DNA of 64,000 nucleotides from Lama glama (lineage: Eukaryota): contig CM052816.1 in NCBI GenBank assembly GCA_028534125.1, positions 5,272,001-5,336,000 on the forward strand, written 5' to 3'. Under the pieces are notes generated by a model. That model saw only the letters and a program-made list of their open reading frames with translations. It was not told where the DNA came from and searched no databases. The position numbers and the translations under genes were made by a program. Positions 38,703 through 50,595 of the stretch are shown piece after piece (position 1 is the stretch's first letter; each line of letters starts with the position of its first letter).

Positions 38703-39703
38703 CCCTAAACTCGAGTCCTCTTTGCTCCCTAAGCTTTTTGTTAGGAAGAGTGTTCCCATCCATTTTTAAGGTGTTTCCTTTTCTCCGTGGATTGATAGAT
38801 CTTCCCCCATCTGCCTCATCTCTGTCCCTCACCTGACTCCCAGTCCCAGTAGAACATTTCCTCTTTGCTCTCCACCTGTCAGCAGCAGCTCACTGCCTTC
38901 ATCAAAGCTGAACGCCTCAAGATTCAGACCTGGTTCTTCAAACCAGCCACGAGGCACCTCACTGCCCAGCATCCAGTCCTCATGTCTCCCTTCTGCCCAC
39001 AAGGCTATGGTGGGTGACTCCTGGATCACGCTGCCCTCTGTCAAGATCCCCTCCCTGCCAGCTGGCAGCAACTCTCTGAAGAGGAAGTGAATTTAGGGAG
39101 GCAGTGTGGAATCGTCAAAGAGGAAAGACTTTGGAGTCAGACAGATGGTGACTTTGACACTTGTGCCCCAAGGGAACAAGTGAATCACTCTGTATCTCTG
39201 AACTTCAGTTTCTTCCACTATAAAAAGGGGAGACTTCTGGACCTGGAATAGCTTTATGAGAATGAGAGATACAGATTCTAACCTTCCCGGCTCACTGGAG
39301 CAGGGCAGTGAATAAGTGCTCTAAGTAGACATGATGGACATGATAATGTCCCCTACTATTTGGCTCTTGGCAGTAGACAGCCTTGGCTTGCTTTCCAATG
39401 ACATTTGAAATAACCTAGGGGAAACAATCATGTCACTGGACACGAATGTGCTTTATGACTCTGGGCAAGTCACTTTCCCTCTCAGCTTCCTCCCCTGAAA
39501 AATGAAGGGACAGGACTGAATGGGTTTTTAAGGTTGCTTTGAGCACTCCTGAAGATCTGACACCTCGTGGTGACTGGCACTGTGCTGGCTGCATCTCAAG
39601 CACACAAGGGAAGGCTTGAGGGTGACTCCCGGAGGGAGGTGGGGGCTGGGGGTGGGGCTGGCTTACTGCAGGCCGCCTACCTCACCTTGCGAGCCTCCCT
39701 TAC

Positions 39704-39889
39704 CGAGCAAGGGGGGAAGCCAGTTGACGTTGGCTTCACAGTGTGAGTCCAAGAATGTGATGACATCCCCAGTTGCTGCTGAGGCCCCCAGCATCCGGGT
39801 CCTTATCAGTCCTTCCCGTTTCTTGGTTCGGAGAATCCTCACACTGGGGAAAAGGGCCATGTAGTCTTCGAGGGGCTTCTTTAGGTGCT
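39704..39889 (-). CDS. GALNT10: GALNT10 coding exon (human exon 5 equivalent), 186 nt, contains the DxH motif
   Basis: Translates (E)[61 protein letters not shown]; acceptor ccccaacag|AG, donor TCG|gtaagg; phase 1-1. Confidence 0.97.
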
Positions 39890-40159
39890 CTGTTGGGGAG
39901 AAAGAAGGGGACAGAGGGACAGATGGGTAAGAACAGATGCTGAGTAACCAATCTTGTGATCCCTTCTTTACATGTACACTGGACTTCACAGTTTAGACGC
40001 AGCTTTTCTGGTACTGTCTCATCGGACCTCTCAGATAGGGCCAAGAAGGGCAGGAATCATCACCTGTGTGCTGCGAAGGGGGAAGCTGAAGCTTGAAGAG
40101 GTCCGGTGTTAGTGTCAGACCTGGAACACAGAGAGATCTTCTGTACAAGGGAGTTGGGC

Positions 40160-40730
40160 TGTGGTTTATGCCTGGCTGGGACCCATTCCTTCATTTTGGG
40201 CAACAATACTCTGATTTTTCTTTGGGAAACTGCCCCTCCCCTTCTCAGTCCATCAGACTTGGGTGGGCCTGACCCCATCTCCTGGTTCCCAGGGGGAGGA
40301 CCACATAGCTTGGGCCTGCCCATTCAGGGTATCCCATTCCCTTGGCCACAGTGATTGGCTCAGGGATGGCCATGTGACCTGAGCTGGTCCAAATAATGAA
40401 TCCTGATCATTTGTTTCAGAACTACTGAAAAATGAAGCCCTTTCTTCTTAGAGTTGCTAGGTTGGTTGGCCAGAAGCCTGGAGCTGCTCATGACCTCTTC
40501 AGAAAACGAAGGGGATGAGAGGTAGTGGGAGGATCTGCTGAGAGTGAAGTTAAACATGAAAGAAGAGTCAAGAGATAGAGAGAGACATTATCCTGATAAC
40601 ATTTTGATTCCCCAGATCCCCCTGTGTCTCAAGCAGACAGACTCCTAGATGTTCTTATTACACGTGACAACCAATTCTAATTCCTCTTTTTGTTTATTCT
40701 GATGTAGGCTGGGTTTCTGGCCCATGCCTA
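40160..40730 (+). mobile_element. MaLR LTR (MLT1K-like)
   Basis: gtgattggctcagggatggccatgtgacctgagctggtccaa. Confidence 0.65.
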
Positions 40731-40859
40731 GATAAGTTCTTCTAAATAAATCTCAAAGACAGTCTCTTTCTGCTAAAATGCCAGCCTTAACGTTGGTGTC
40801 TCTTGATATTAATCAGGGTTGGGACCCTTTATAAAAACTCTAGTGTGGCTACAAAAACC

Positions 40860-43800
40860 CCCTATAGTTTATATCATACTTAATGGAGAAATATTGAATG
40901 CTTTTCTCCTATGATGAGGAGAAAGGCTGTATACTCTCTGACCACTTCAAAATTGTCCCAGGATTCCTAGCCAGAGCAAATGGCAGAACAAAGAAATAAA
41001 AGGCATAGATCCTGGAGAGTAAAAGGCAGCAGTGTTTTTAATTGTAGATGACATGATTGTTTACACAGAAAAATCTTAAGAAATTTAAAAGAAACTAGAA
41101 CTAACAGGTAAACTTAGCAAGATTTCAGGAGCCAGGCCACTATTTAAAGATCAATTGTATTTCTTCAGACTAGCAAATAAGAAAGCAATTGAAAAATGCA
41201 ATTAAAATGGTAAAAGTACCATTTACAAGTTAACAAAGGAAGTACAAAATGTATACTCTGAAAACTACAAAACAGTGTTGAAAGAAATGAACAACTGAAA
41301 TTAATGGAGAGATAGTCCACGTTCATGGATCTGATGACTTCATGTTTAGATGGCAATACCACCTATGTTGATCTACAGACTCAATGTGATCAAAATCACA
41401 GCTGGCTTCTTTGCAGAAACTGACAACTGAGAAGCTGACCCTAAAATTTACGGAAATGCAAGGAATCAAGGGATCCAGAATACCTAAAAAACCTTTTGAT
41501 TACTTATACATGAACATTCATAGCAACACTATTCATAATAGCCAAATGGTGGAAATAACCCAAATTTCCATCACCTCATAGGCAGATAAACAAATGTGGA
41601 ATATATCCATACAATGGAATATTACTCAGCCAAAAAAGGAATGAAGTACTGACATGGGCCATAATGTAGATGAACCTAGAAAACATTATATTAAGGTAAA
41701 AGAGGCCAGACACAAAAGGTCTGATATTATATCACTCAATTTGTATGAAATTCCACAGAGACAGAAAGCAGATCAGTGATTACCATGAAATGGGGTGAAG
41801 GGGATAGAGAGTGACTACTTAGTAAGTATGGGGTTTCCTTCTGGCGTGGTAAAAATATTTTGCGACTAGATAGAGGTGATGGTTGCACAACATTGTGAAT
41901 GTGCCAAATGCCAATGAATCTTTTACTTTAACATAGTATTGTATATTTTAACATGGTTAATTTTAAAAAATGGGTAAAGGATATGAATAGGCACTTCTCC
42001 AAAAGAATATACACAAATGGCCAATAAACACATGAAAAGATGCTCAACATCATCAGTCACCAGGGAAATATAAATCAAAACCACAATGAGATACTACTTC
42101 ACATCCACTAGGATGGCTATAATGAAAAAGTCAGATAACAACAAGAATTCTCATACACTGTAGGTGAGAATGTAAAATGATGCAGCCACTTTGGAATATG
42201 GTCTGGCAGTTCCTCAAACAGCTGAACAGTTGCCACATAACCCAGCAATTCTACTCCGAGGTATACACTCAAGAGAAATGAAAATATATGTCTGCAAATA
42301 AACTTGTACACTAATGTTCATAGCAGCAATATTCATAATATACCCTATTTAAAAATCAAATCATCCAAATATCCACCAACTGATGAATGGATAAACAAAA
42401 TGAAGTACATCCATGCAATGGAAATACAATTCAGCAATGAAAAAATAAAAAACAAAAAGAATGAGCTATTGCAATAATATGGACGAACCTGAGAAACAGT
42501 ATGCTGGGTTAAAGAGGTCAGACACATCAGAACAAGACATTATCTGATTCTATTTATGAGAAATTTCTAGGAAGGCAGAACTAGAGACAGAAAGAAAATC
42601 AGTGGTTTCCTGGAGCTGGGATGGGAGTGAGGACTGACTGCAAAAAGGCAAAAGGGAACTTTTTGGAGTGTTGGAAATATTCTAAAGCTGGATTATGGTG
42701 ACAGTTTCATAACTGTATACACTCAGTTAAAAACACATTGAACTGCAGGCTTAAAATGAGTGATTTTTATGATCTAAATTATATCTCAATAAGGTTGTTA
42801 AATTCTTAAAAAAAAGAAAGAAAAAATCAATTGTATTTCTATATACTGCCAAAGAACAAGTGGAAAGTACAATAAAATAGCATTTATAATAGCCTCATAT
42901 AGATAAAGACCCAAATAAATGGAGAGATAAATCATACATCTACATTAGAATATTCCATATTGACTTCTGATGTGACTTCCTCAAACTGATCTACGGAATC
43001 AATGCAATCACAATAAAATCACAGCAAACTTTTTGAAATTGACAACTTACTCAAAAGATTTCTATGGAAATGCAAAGGACCTAGAATAGTCAAAACAACC
43101 TTGAAAAAGAACAACAAAATTGCTAAACAATGTAAGTCAGAGAGAGAAAGGCAAATATGGTATGATTTCACTCGTATGTGGAAACTTAAAAAAAAAAAAA
43201 GAATAAATGAACAAACAAAACAAAACAAACACAGATACAGAGAGCAGACTGGAAGTTACCAGACGGGAAGGAGAGTGGGGTGAAGGCAAAGTGGGTAAAG
43301 GAGGTCACCTGGGTGGTGACTGATGGTGACTAAACTTTTGGTAGTGAGCATGCTGTAGTGTGTACAGAAGTCGAAATACATGTATACATGAAACTTATAT
43401 ATTGTTATAAATTAATGTTATCTCAATGAAAAAAAAAACACACCCATGGAAAGAATAAGAACAAACGTTTCATAGTAGCGTTATTCATAGTAGTCCCAAA
43501 CTAGAAACAACTTCAATGTCCATCAACAGGTGAATGGATAAACAGATCATGGTAGAGTCACACAATAGATTCCTACTCAGCAAAAAAAGAAAAAGAATTT
43601 GATACATCCAACCACATGGGTGAACTTCGAATTTATTATGTTGGACCAAGGTGGCCAGACACAAGAAAGAACCCAGTGTACGGTTTATTTAAAGTTCATC
43701 AACAGCCAGAACGATCTGTGAGGACAGAATTAAGAACACTGTTTGCCCATGGGGTTGAGGACTAACTAGAGGGAACACGAGGACACTTTCTAGGAAGAGG

Positions 43801-43920
43801 CAACTCCTCTGTCTTGACTGGGGTGTTGGCTTCCCAAGTATACACGTTTGTTAAACCTCATGGAATTATATACTTGCATTTTTTCACTGTTTGTAACTTT
43901 CACCTCAATTAAAAAAAATA
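40860..43920 (+). mobile_element. Cluster of nested/fragmented L1 pieces (ORF2 remnants and several 3'UTRs)
   Basis: gatgacatgattgtttacacagaaaa (RT region), aaaagatgctcaacatca, caatggaatattactcagc; no intact ORF. Confidence 0.85.
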
Positions 43921-44871
43921 CCAATCAAAACTCATATTCATTCTCTCTCTCTCTCGGCTGGGAAAGGTAAAGTGTAGTGGGAGTGTCACTGACTGGAGAA
44001 CTGGGCTGTACCGCCACCTCTGGCATAGTGAGCCCATCCCTGGGCCACAATCCTGTCTCTGGATCAGAAGGTCTTCAGGGGCTGTGGGCCAGGATTCTTG
44101 GGAGCTCAGGTTGTAGGTGACTGGAACAGCTGGGCTCTCCACTCTTGCCAGCCCCTGGGGTGCTCCATCACCTTCCCTAACCCAAGCCCTGAACCCTGCT
44201 CTGAATTCACTCCAACAGCGGTGAAAGCTGGAAGGGCCCCTCTACATCAGGGGCTGTGGCTGAATCACCTGATAAGCTGGCTGTAAATTCAGCTGCCTGG
44301 GCATCCTCCCGGGCGAGTGTGATTGGGTAGACCGAAGGCAGCATCAGTATCTTTGGTTTTATTTGATTGACAGGTAATTCTGATCCATTGGAGTGGTTCA
44401 GTCTCTCCATTTTATAGACAGAAAGCTAAGGTCCAGAGAAGAGAAGGGCCTGCCTTTGGCGTGTAGTTAACAGCAAAGCCCAGTTGCCCTGGCTGCTTGA
44501 TCCAGAGCCCACTGAACCTTTCTTTTCTCTAACCCTGTATAGAAATGAACCAGTTTCACTGGTAAAGCAGATTACGACTTGCAAAGGAACTTCACGTATT
44601 TTATTTCCCTTGATTCACAAAAATCATACTGTCTTAGGCTTCTCCCATTTAACAGAGGAGAAAACTGATGTTCAGAGAAGCTAAGAAACTCACCCGAAGT
44701 CACACAGCCAGTAAATTGCTAGGTTCTCTGTAGAAACATGAGGCTTTCCTCTCTCTAGTTGTGTTTTCCCAACATCTCACCATCATATACTATTGGCATG
44801 ATTTTTGCCACTTCCACCTACCTTATTACAATTTACTTACGGTTTTTTTTTAAGTCAACTCACTTCTTGAA

Positions 44872-44985
44872 ATTTTTTTTATTAAAAACAGTTTTTGTGG
44901 GGTAATTAGGTTTATTTATTTATTTATTATTTTTTAATAGAGGTACCGGGGATTGAACCCAGGACTCTGTGCATGCTAAACATGA
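44872..44985 (-). mobile_element. tRNA-derived SINE (vic-1 type), lacking its 5' end
   Basis: ggggtaattaggtttatttatttatt...gaggtaccggggattgaacccaggac. Confidence 0.75.
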
Positions 44986-47177
44986 CCTCATCTCAACTGG
45001 ATGACACTTTTCTCACTATTTTTAAATTAAAATTTTTACGTACTTAAACTTATTTTAAAAGGGAACATTAAACACCATAAATCAGTACCATTTGTGATAA
45101 AGAGCTGATAAATTAAAAAAACCCAAACAAGTAAGAATACAGCGATGTTGTTAGATTTTAGCCAGATCCTCCTGCCTCCCCACAGCTGGAAGCTTAAGGT
45201 CTGCGCCTGTCTTTGTCAAGAAGGGAGATATGGGCAACCCAGCGAGACTTTCCATCTGAGGTCATCAGAGGACACCAAGGAGCTGAAAAGAGAAAGTGGT
45301 CTCTCCCCATGAGTCAGTGTTGCTTAATGCAAATTCTGAGCCACCTGAGATCACGTCAGGTACCACTTAAAATCACTTGTGTGCTCACGCACTTAGGGAA
45401 ACACTGCTCCCGACACTTAAGTGTCCAGAAACTACTGCGAGATGAGGTGTGTTTTGTGTTGTATTGTCTGGCCTCTTGCAAGTCGGAGCAATTAAAAGAT
45501 GGAGGAAAGATTATCTCCATGTATACAACCTGAGGCTGGAAGGCTGAAAAATACTCCGGGCTGCCTCCTTGCTGGCTCGCAAAGATTAATATGGCATCTC
45601 CTGCCCTTCCCCGCTTCTCTTTGGAACAGTGGCTCTGGAGAGAGCAGAAATCAATTTGCCCTAATTGAGGGACTAAATCTTTCCAAAAGAGACTTTCTTG
45701 GGCAGCGAGACAAGATAGCAAGAGGCATGATCACGCTCCAGATAGGCTGCTGTTCAGGCAGGAACACTATCTTAAAAAGAAGAAAAGAAAATCCATAGTC
45801 ATTGTCTGTGACCAGTGCTTCTTCTTGGCCTGGTTCAACTAGTAGGTCATTAACATGGGCATAAGATTATCTCCTGTACCACACACCACTACTCCCGTCA
45901 GAGGGAGAAATATCGCCCGTCCGGCTCTAATCACTGAGGGCCCCGCTTGGGCAGAGCCCCATCACTAAATCACCCCGAATGCAGATGGCCGCAGTCATTA
46001 CAGATGGACCAATTAAGGCCTTTTGACAGCTTGTGGCAAAGTCGGCACAATTATTTAGGGGCAATTATGCTCTTCCTGTCCTTATTAGAAAGAACATTTA
46101 CACAAAATCAGGGCTGTTGCCTTATTTTACCATGCTGTTTTCTTGGATGAGGACATTCCGTAAAGTCACAGAATTTTAGAGCTGGAAGGGACTTTGGATG
46201 AAGATGATGATGGTTATGATGATGGCAATTATCGGGAACAGTTACTGAGGCCCTGCTCACCCACGGAGCTCTCTGCTTTACATACATAATCTTGGTCGCC
46301 TGCAACACCACTACCAATGAGGGATTACGGCCCGTTATACAGAAGACACCATGAGGCTCAGAGACAGCAGTGAAGCTGCCCAAGGCACAGTTTATAAATG
46401 ATGAAGCAACAAGGTCTAACACCCTTGCTGCCCGACTGTAAAAGAGTGGGCTCTTCTGACTGCACCAAACCCCACTTCTGCCTCACTTCCATCAGTCCGT
46501 CCATTCTACCCAGAGAGGACCAGGGAGGGCCAGAGAAGTTAAATGTCTTGCCCAGAATCGTACTGTGAGTCTGTGACACAGCATTTTCCAGTCTGGGATT
46601 TTCCCCAGCTTCACAAGCCTGAGGGCAGGGGACAGCAAATAGGTTTCATGGAACTGCCTGCATTGATGGGTTTGTAATGGATACCTAAAGCTGCGTTAAG
46701 AAAGACTCTGAGGCTATATCCTGGCTCAGCATGAAAGTGCCAGGGCTGAGAAGAGATGTCTGCCCTGAAGAAGCAGGGAGGCAGCAGCCCTCATGCCACA
46801 TACGCACCATACCCATTCCAGGGGCTGCTCTGATTGTAAAGCAATAAAGAACCGCTTTTGCCCTAATTACCCCTAATTTAATGATGAGTCAGAGCGACCT
46901 AATAAGGGGTGAGGTCGATTCTGAAGGTGAGCCCCCATCAGGGTAAGTTCTGGTGTTACTGGAGAGGAAACTGAGGCTCAGGAAAGGGAAGGGCCTGCCC
47001 CAAATCTCTCAGCCACTGAGGCCTGAGAGAGGACTAGAACCCAGGGCTGGGCTTCGGGGTTCTCCCTGTGCACCCTCCCTGGGAACTGCAGCCCTCCCAG
47101 TTCCCACTGAGGACCCTGAGGGTGGTTCCACCTGGAGGGCTGCGGCACAAGGAGGTGCACTCCGAGGAGCTGCTGAG

Positions 47178-47612
47178 AGCTGAATTATGTCCCCTTCAAA
47201 AGACGTGTCAAAGACCCAGCCCCTAGTACTGAGGAATGTGATCTTACTTGGAAACAGTGTCTTTGCAGATGTCATCCAGCTGAGATGAGGTCATACCGGT
47301 TTAGGGTGCACCCTAACCCCATGACTGGCATCCTTTATAAGAAAAAGGACATATGGATACACAAGGAGAAGGCCATGTGATCCCAAAGGCAGTGACTGGA
47401 GTGAGGTGCCTACATGCCACGAAAGACTAGGGACTGTGGCAACGCCAGAAGCTAGGGAGAGGCCAGGTGGGACCCTTTCCTAGAACCTGCAGAGCGAGTA
47501 TGGCCCCACCGACACCTTGATTTCAGACTTCTAGAACTGTAAAAAATTAAACTTCTGTTGTTTTAAGCCACGTGGTTTGCCGTGCCTTGTTACGGCAGCC
47601 TGAGGACACTGA
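47178..47612 (+). mobile_element. MaLR LTR (MLT1A/B/C-like)
   Basis: gctgaattatgtccccttcaaaa, aatgtgatcttacttggaaa, gacaccttgatttcagacttctag, ttctgttgttttaagccac. Confidence 0.8.
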
Positions 47613-47759
47613 GACAGAAGGATGAGGTTCTCACACACTGGCATCATAAGAGGGACACGGCAAGAACACGGCCCTGGTCCAGACCACTGCTGTCCCTTGT
47701 CTGGACCAGTGTAGTCCGTGGCCAACTGAAGTAGCCACAACTGCTGTCCCTGCTTCCAC

Positions 47760-48355
47760 TTTCTCTGTCTTTAGTCTAGTCTGCATGTAGCAGTCCAGTG
47801 GGCTCTAAAAAGAGAAGTGAATTGCATCTTGACACCCTTGCACTCTCTTGCTTAGGCCCTTCGATGGCTCCCCGTGGCTCTCGGAAGAAGGTTCCCAAGG
47901 ATGACAGGCTGGATGTGGCTGGTCTTGCCCCCCTCCAGCCTCATGTTGCCCCTCTGTTCCTTACTGCCCCCACCATGTCATCTTCTTTCAGGTGTCTAAA
48001 GGCCCCATGATGGCCCCTTCTGCCTCAGCATCTATGTCCAAGCCAGTCATTCTGCCTGGGTAGCTGAGGTCCTAAGCCCCTACACATATCCCCCTAGTCA
48101 ACGCCTGCTCATTCTTCAGTTCTTGGTTCACATTTCAACTCCTCACTAAAGCTTTTCCTGACCTCCCAGACCCGGGTAGGTCCCTAGGGCAGGTGGCCAC
48201 AGAGCCCTGGAACTTGTCCTTCACACCACTCAGCTCAGGTCATGGTTCCATATCCGTGGAATTACTCTGTCTCCCTCCAGAGTAGTGACCGCTCTGCTCA
48301 GTGTATCCACCAATGCCTAGCGCAGGGCTGCAGGTGTCTGTGAATCCCTGCTGAA
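47760..48355 (+). mobile_element. L2 relic
   Basis: tgctcattcttcagttcttggttcacatttcaactcctc...ttttcctgacctccc...tgcctagcgcagggc. Confidence 0.6.
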
Positions 48356-48384
48356 TCCACACACCTTCCTCCTCCACTGTTTCA

Positions 48385-48412
48385 TTTGATTTGATTTGAT
48401 TCGATTTGATTT
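48385..48412 (+). repeat. (TTTGA)n pentanucleotide repeat, ~5.5 units
   Basis: tttgatttgatttgattcgatttgattt. Confidence 0.85.
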
Positions 48413-50031
48413 CCCTGTGAAGGAAGCAGGTCACACTTCATCATCCTCATTTCAAGATGAGGGAAGTCAAGTTCAGAAGATGTTTCTGGTCCAAGGTTAC
48501 ACAGCCAGTGAGGGAAGTGGTGAAGACAGGACTCAAATCTAGTTCAGAGACACCTGCCGAGGAGCACCAAAAATATGGGGGCTCTGTGTGTCCCCAGTGC
48601 TGGCAGGACACCGAGCACGTGAGAGAGGGCCCCATGGATGGGACTGTGAGGGCGGAGAAGGAGAAAGGGGAAGGGAAGGAGGGAGGGAGGAGAAGGGAGG
48701 TAATGAGCAAGTCACAAGCCAGACAAATCCCTGTGTCCCTGCTGGTTGGTTTTCTGGCGTCAGGGGTGTTGTCACACTCGGGCTGGCTTCTGGGAGCTGT
48801 AGGTGTTCTGGGTCTTGCCATGTCTTAGCTCTGCTGGGCTTCTGGCTATTAAAGTGTCAAAGCTGTTTCCAGGATTGATTTATTCACTTGTAAGTCTTAG
48901 TGTATTCTAAGGCACTGCCAAGCTATTTGGAGGAGGGGAGGGCTCATGGCAGGCAAAGGCATCACTCTCTGTCCTGTTTCGATACTCAGGTGACTCTAGC
49001 CAAAGGAAAATTGTCAAGATGAGGCAGACCCTCATCTTTACTATCGCTGTCATTGTCGTGGTTTCTGTTGAGTGCTTACTGTGTGCCTAGGCCCAGGGTT
49101 AAGTGCTGTTATTGATACACAATGTCTCATTTTGTTCCTACCACAACTCTATAAGGTAAGTACTGTGAACCATCTCAGACCAGGGGAAACTGAGGCTCAG
49201 AAGAGTTCTGTGCTAATCTGTGTTCCGACAGCTAGTAGGTGACAGCCAGGAATCAGACCACGTGCTTCTGATCCCAAAGCTGGCATTACTAACCATGAAA
49301 CGATACCGCCCCTCCAAGTCCCTGGTCTCTCCATCCTGCCAGTTGGGTACCAGTTTCCAAACCCACAACCTCAGCCCTACCTCCCACCCCGAGATGTCCA
49401 GGACTTTCACTTGCTTGAGAAACTTGCAGACAGGCAAATACAAATAGCAGGAAAATTAAAAAGAGAGCTTGCAAAGGAAAGCTGTGATTGCACCAGGATG
49501 GGTCTTGGCAGGTGAAACGTACAGGCATTTAAGTATCATTTACACTTTGGAAAAGGAAAACAGATCAGCTGTTCAGGAGACATACATTTTCTGGCCTCGA
49601 GTCCCAGGAGGAAGTTCAGAGAGTGGCAGAGCTGAAGGGGCCCCCGAATTCAGCTACAAGCCTTTTCATTCTCCTTTGATGTGGGTCCTCTGATTACACA
49701 TTCTAAGGCATAACAGACACTTCTGATGTATGTTTTTGAAAAAACAACCATTTCTTTCTTTTTCCCTTTTCTTTTCCCTTCCTCTTCTGCTTTTTGATAA
49801 TACCTTCACTGAGATATAATTCACACACCATACAATTTGCCCATTTAAAAAGCATACAATTCAATGTCAACCAGCCATTTCTTGCACTGCTGTAAGTAGC
49901 AATCGAACTGTACCTTAGGAAGGCCTTTCTGCCGGTGAGGATTCAGTTCAGTTTAACCAAGAAAGCATTTACTGCACTCCTGCTGTGAGTCAGGAACTCT
50001 GCCGAGCACATTCCTTTCTGCTGATCTAACA

Positions 50032-50212
50032 CGGTTTTGAAAGTGGGATCCCCAGACCAGTTGCAACAGCATCATCTGGGAACTTATTAGAAATATCAAT
50101 TCTTAGGGCTTCACCCCAGACCTGCTGAATCAGATGAGTGGGGTTTGTTGATCTGGATTTTAACAAGCTCTCCAAGTGATTCTGTTGTGTGCTAACGTTT
50201 GAGAGACACTGA
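50032..50212. mobile_element. MER5A-like hAT relic
   Basis: cagcatcatctgggaacttattagaaat...tttaacaagctctccaagtgattct. Confidence 0.7.
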
Positions 50213-50269
50213 CCTAAGTTAATGCAGCAGGTGAGCTCAGAGAAACAAACCTAAGCCAATGTGATCATA

Positions 50270-50595
50270 TAGTCGCCCTCTGTGTTTGCAGGTTCTGCAC
50301 CTGCAGATTCAACCAACTGTGGGTTGAAAATATTTGGGAAAAAAAATCCAGAAAGTCCAAAAATCAAAATTTGAATTTGCTGAGTGCTGGCAACTATTTA
50401 CATAGTATTTACATTGTATTAGGTATTGTAAGTAATCTAGAGATGATTTATAGTATTCAGATGGGCATGGGTTATATGCAAATACTATGCCATTTTACAA
50501 AAGGAACTGGAGCATTCTCAGATTTTGGTATCTGTCGGGGCAGAGGGAGGTAGTGGTCCTCGAAACAATCTCCCATGGATACAGAGGGATGACTG
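50270..50595 (-). mobile_element. MER2-like TcMar-Tigger MITE
   Basis: TIR-like ends (t)agtcgccctctgtg... and ...ggatacagagggatgactg with TA flanks; gattcaaccaactgtgggttgaaaatattt. Confidence 0.8.

Noticed and set aside
40860..43920. Potentially active L1 or domesticated RT gene
   Set aside because: Fragmented by stops and nested insertions; no ORF over about 70 aa
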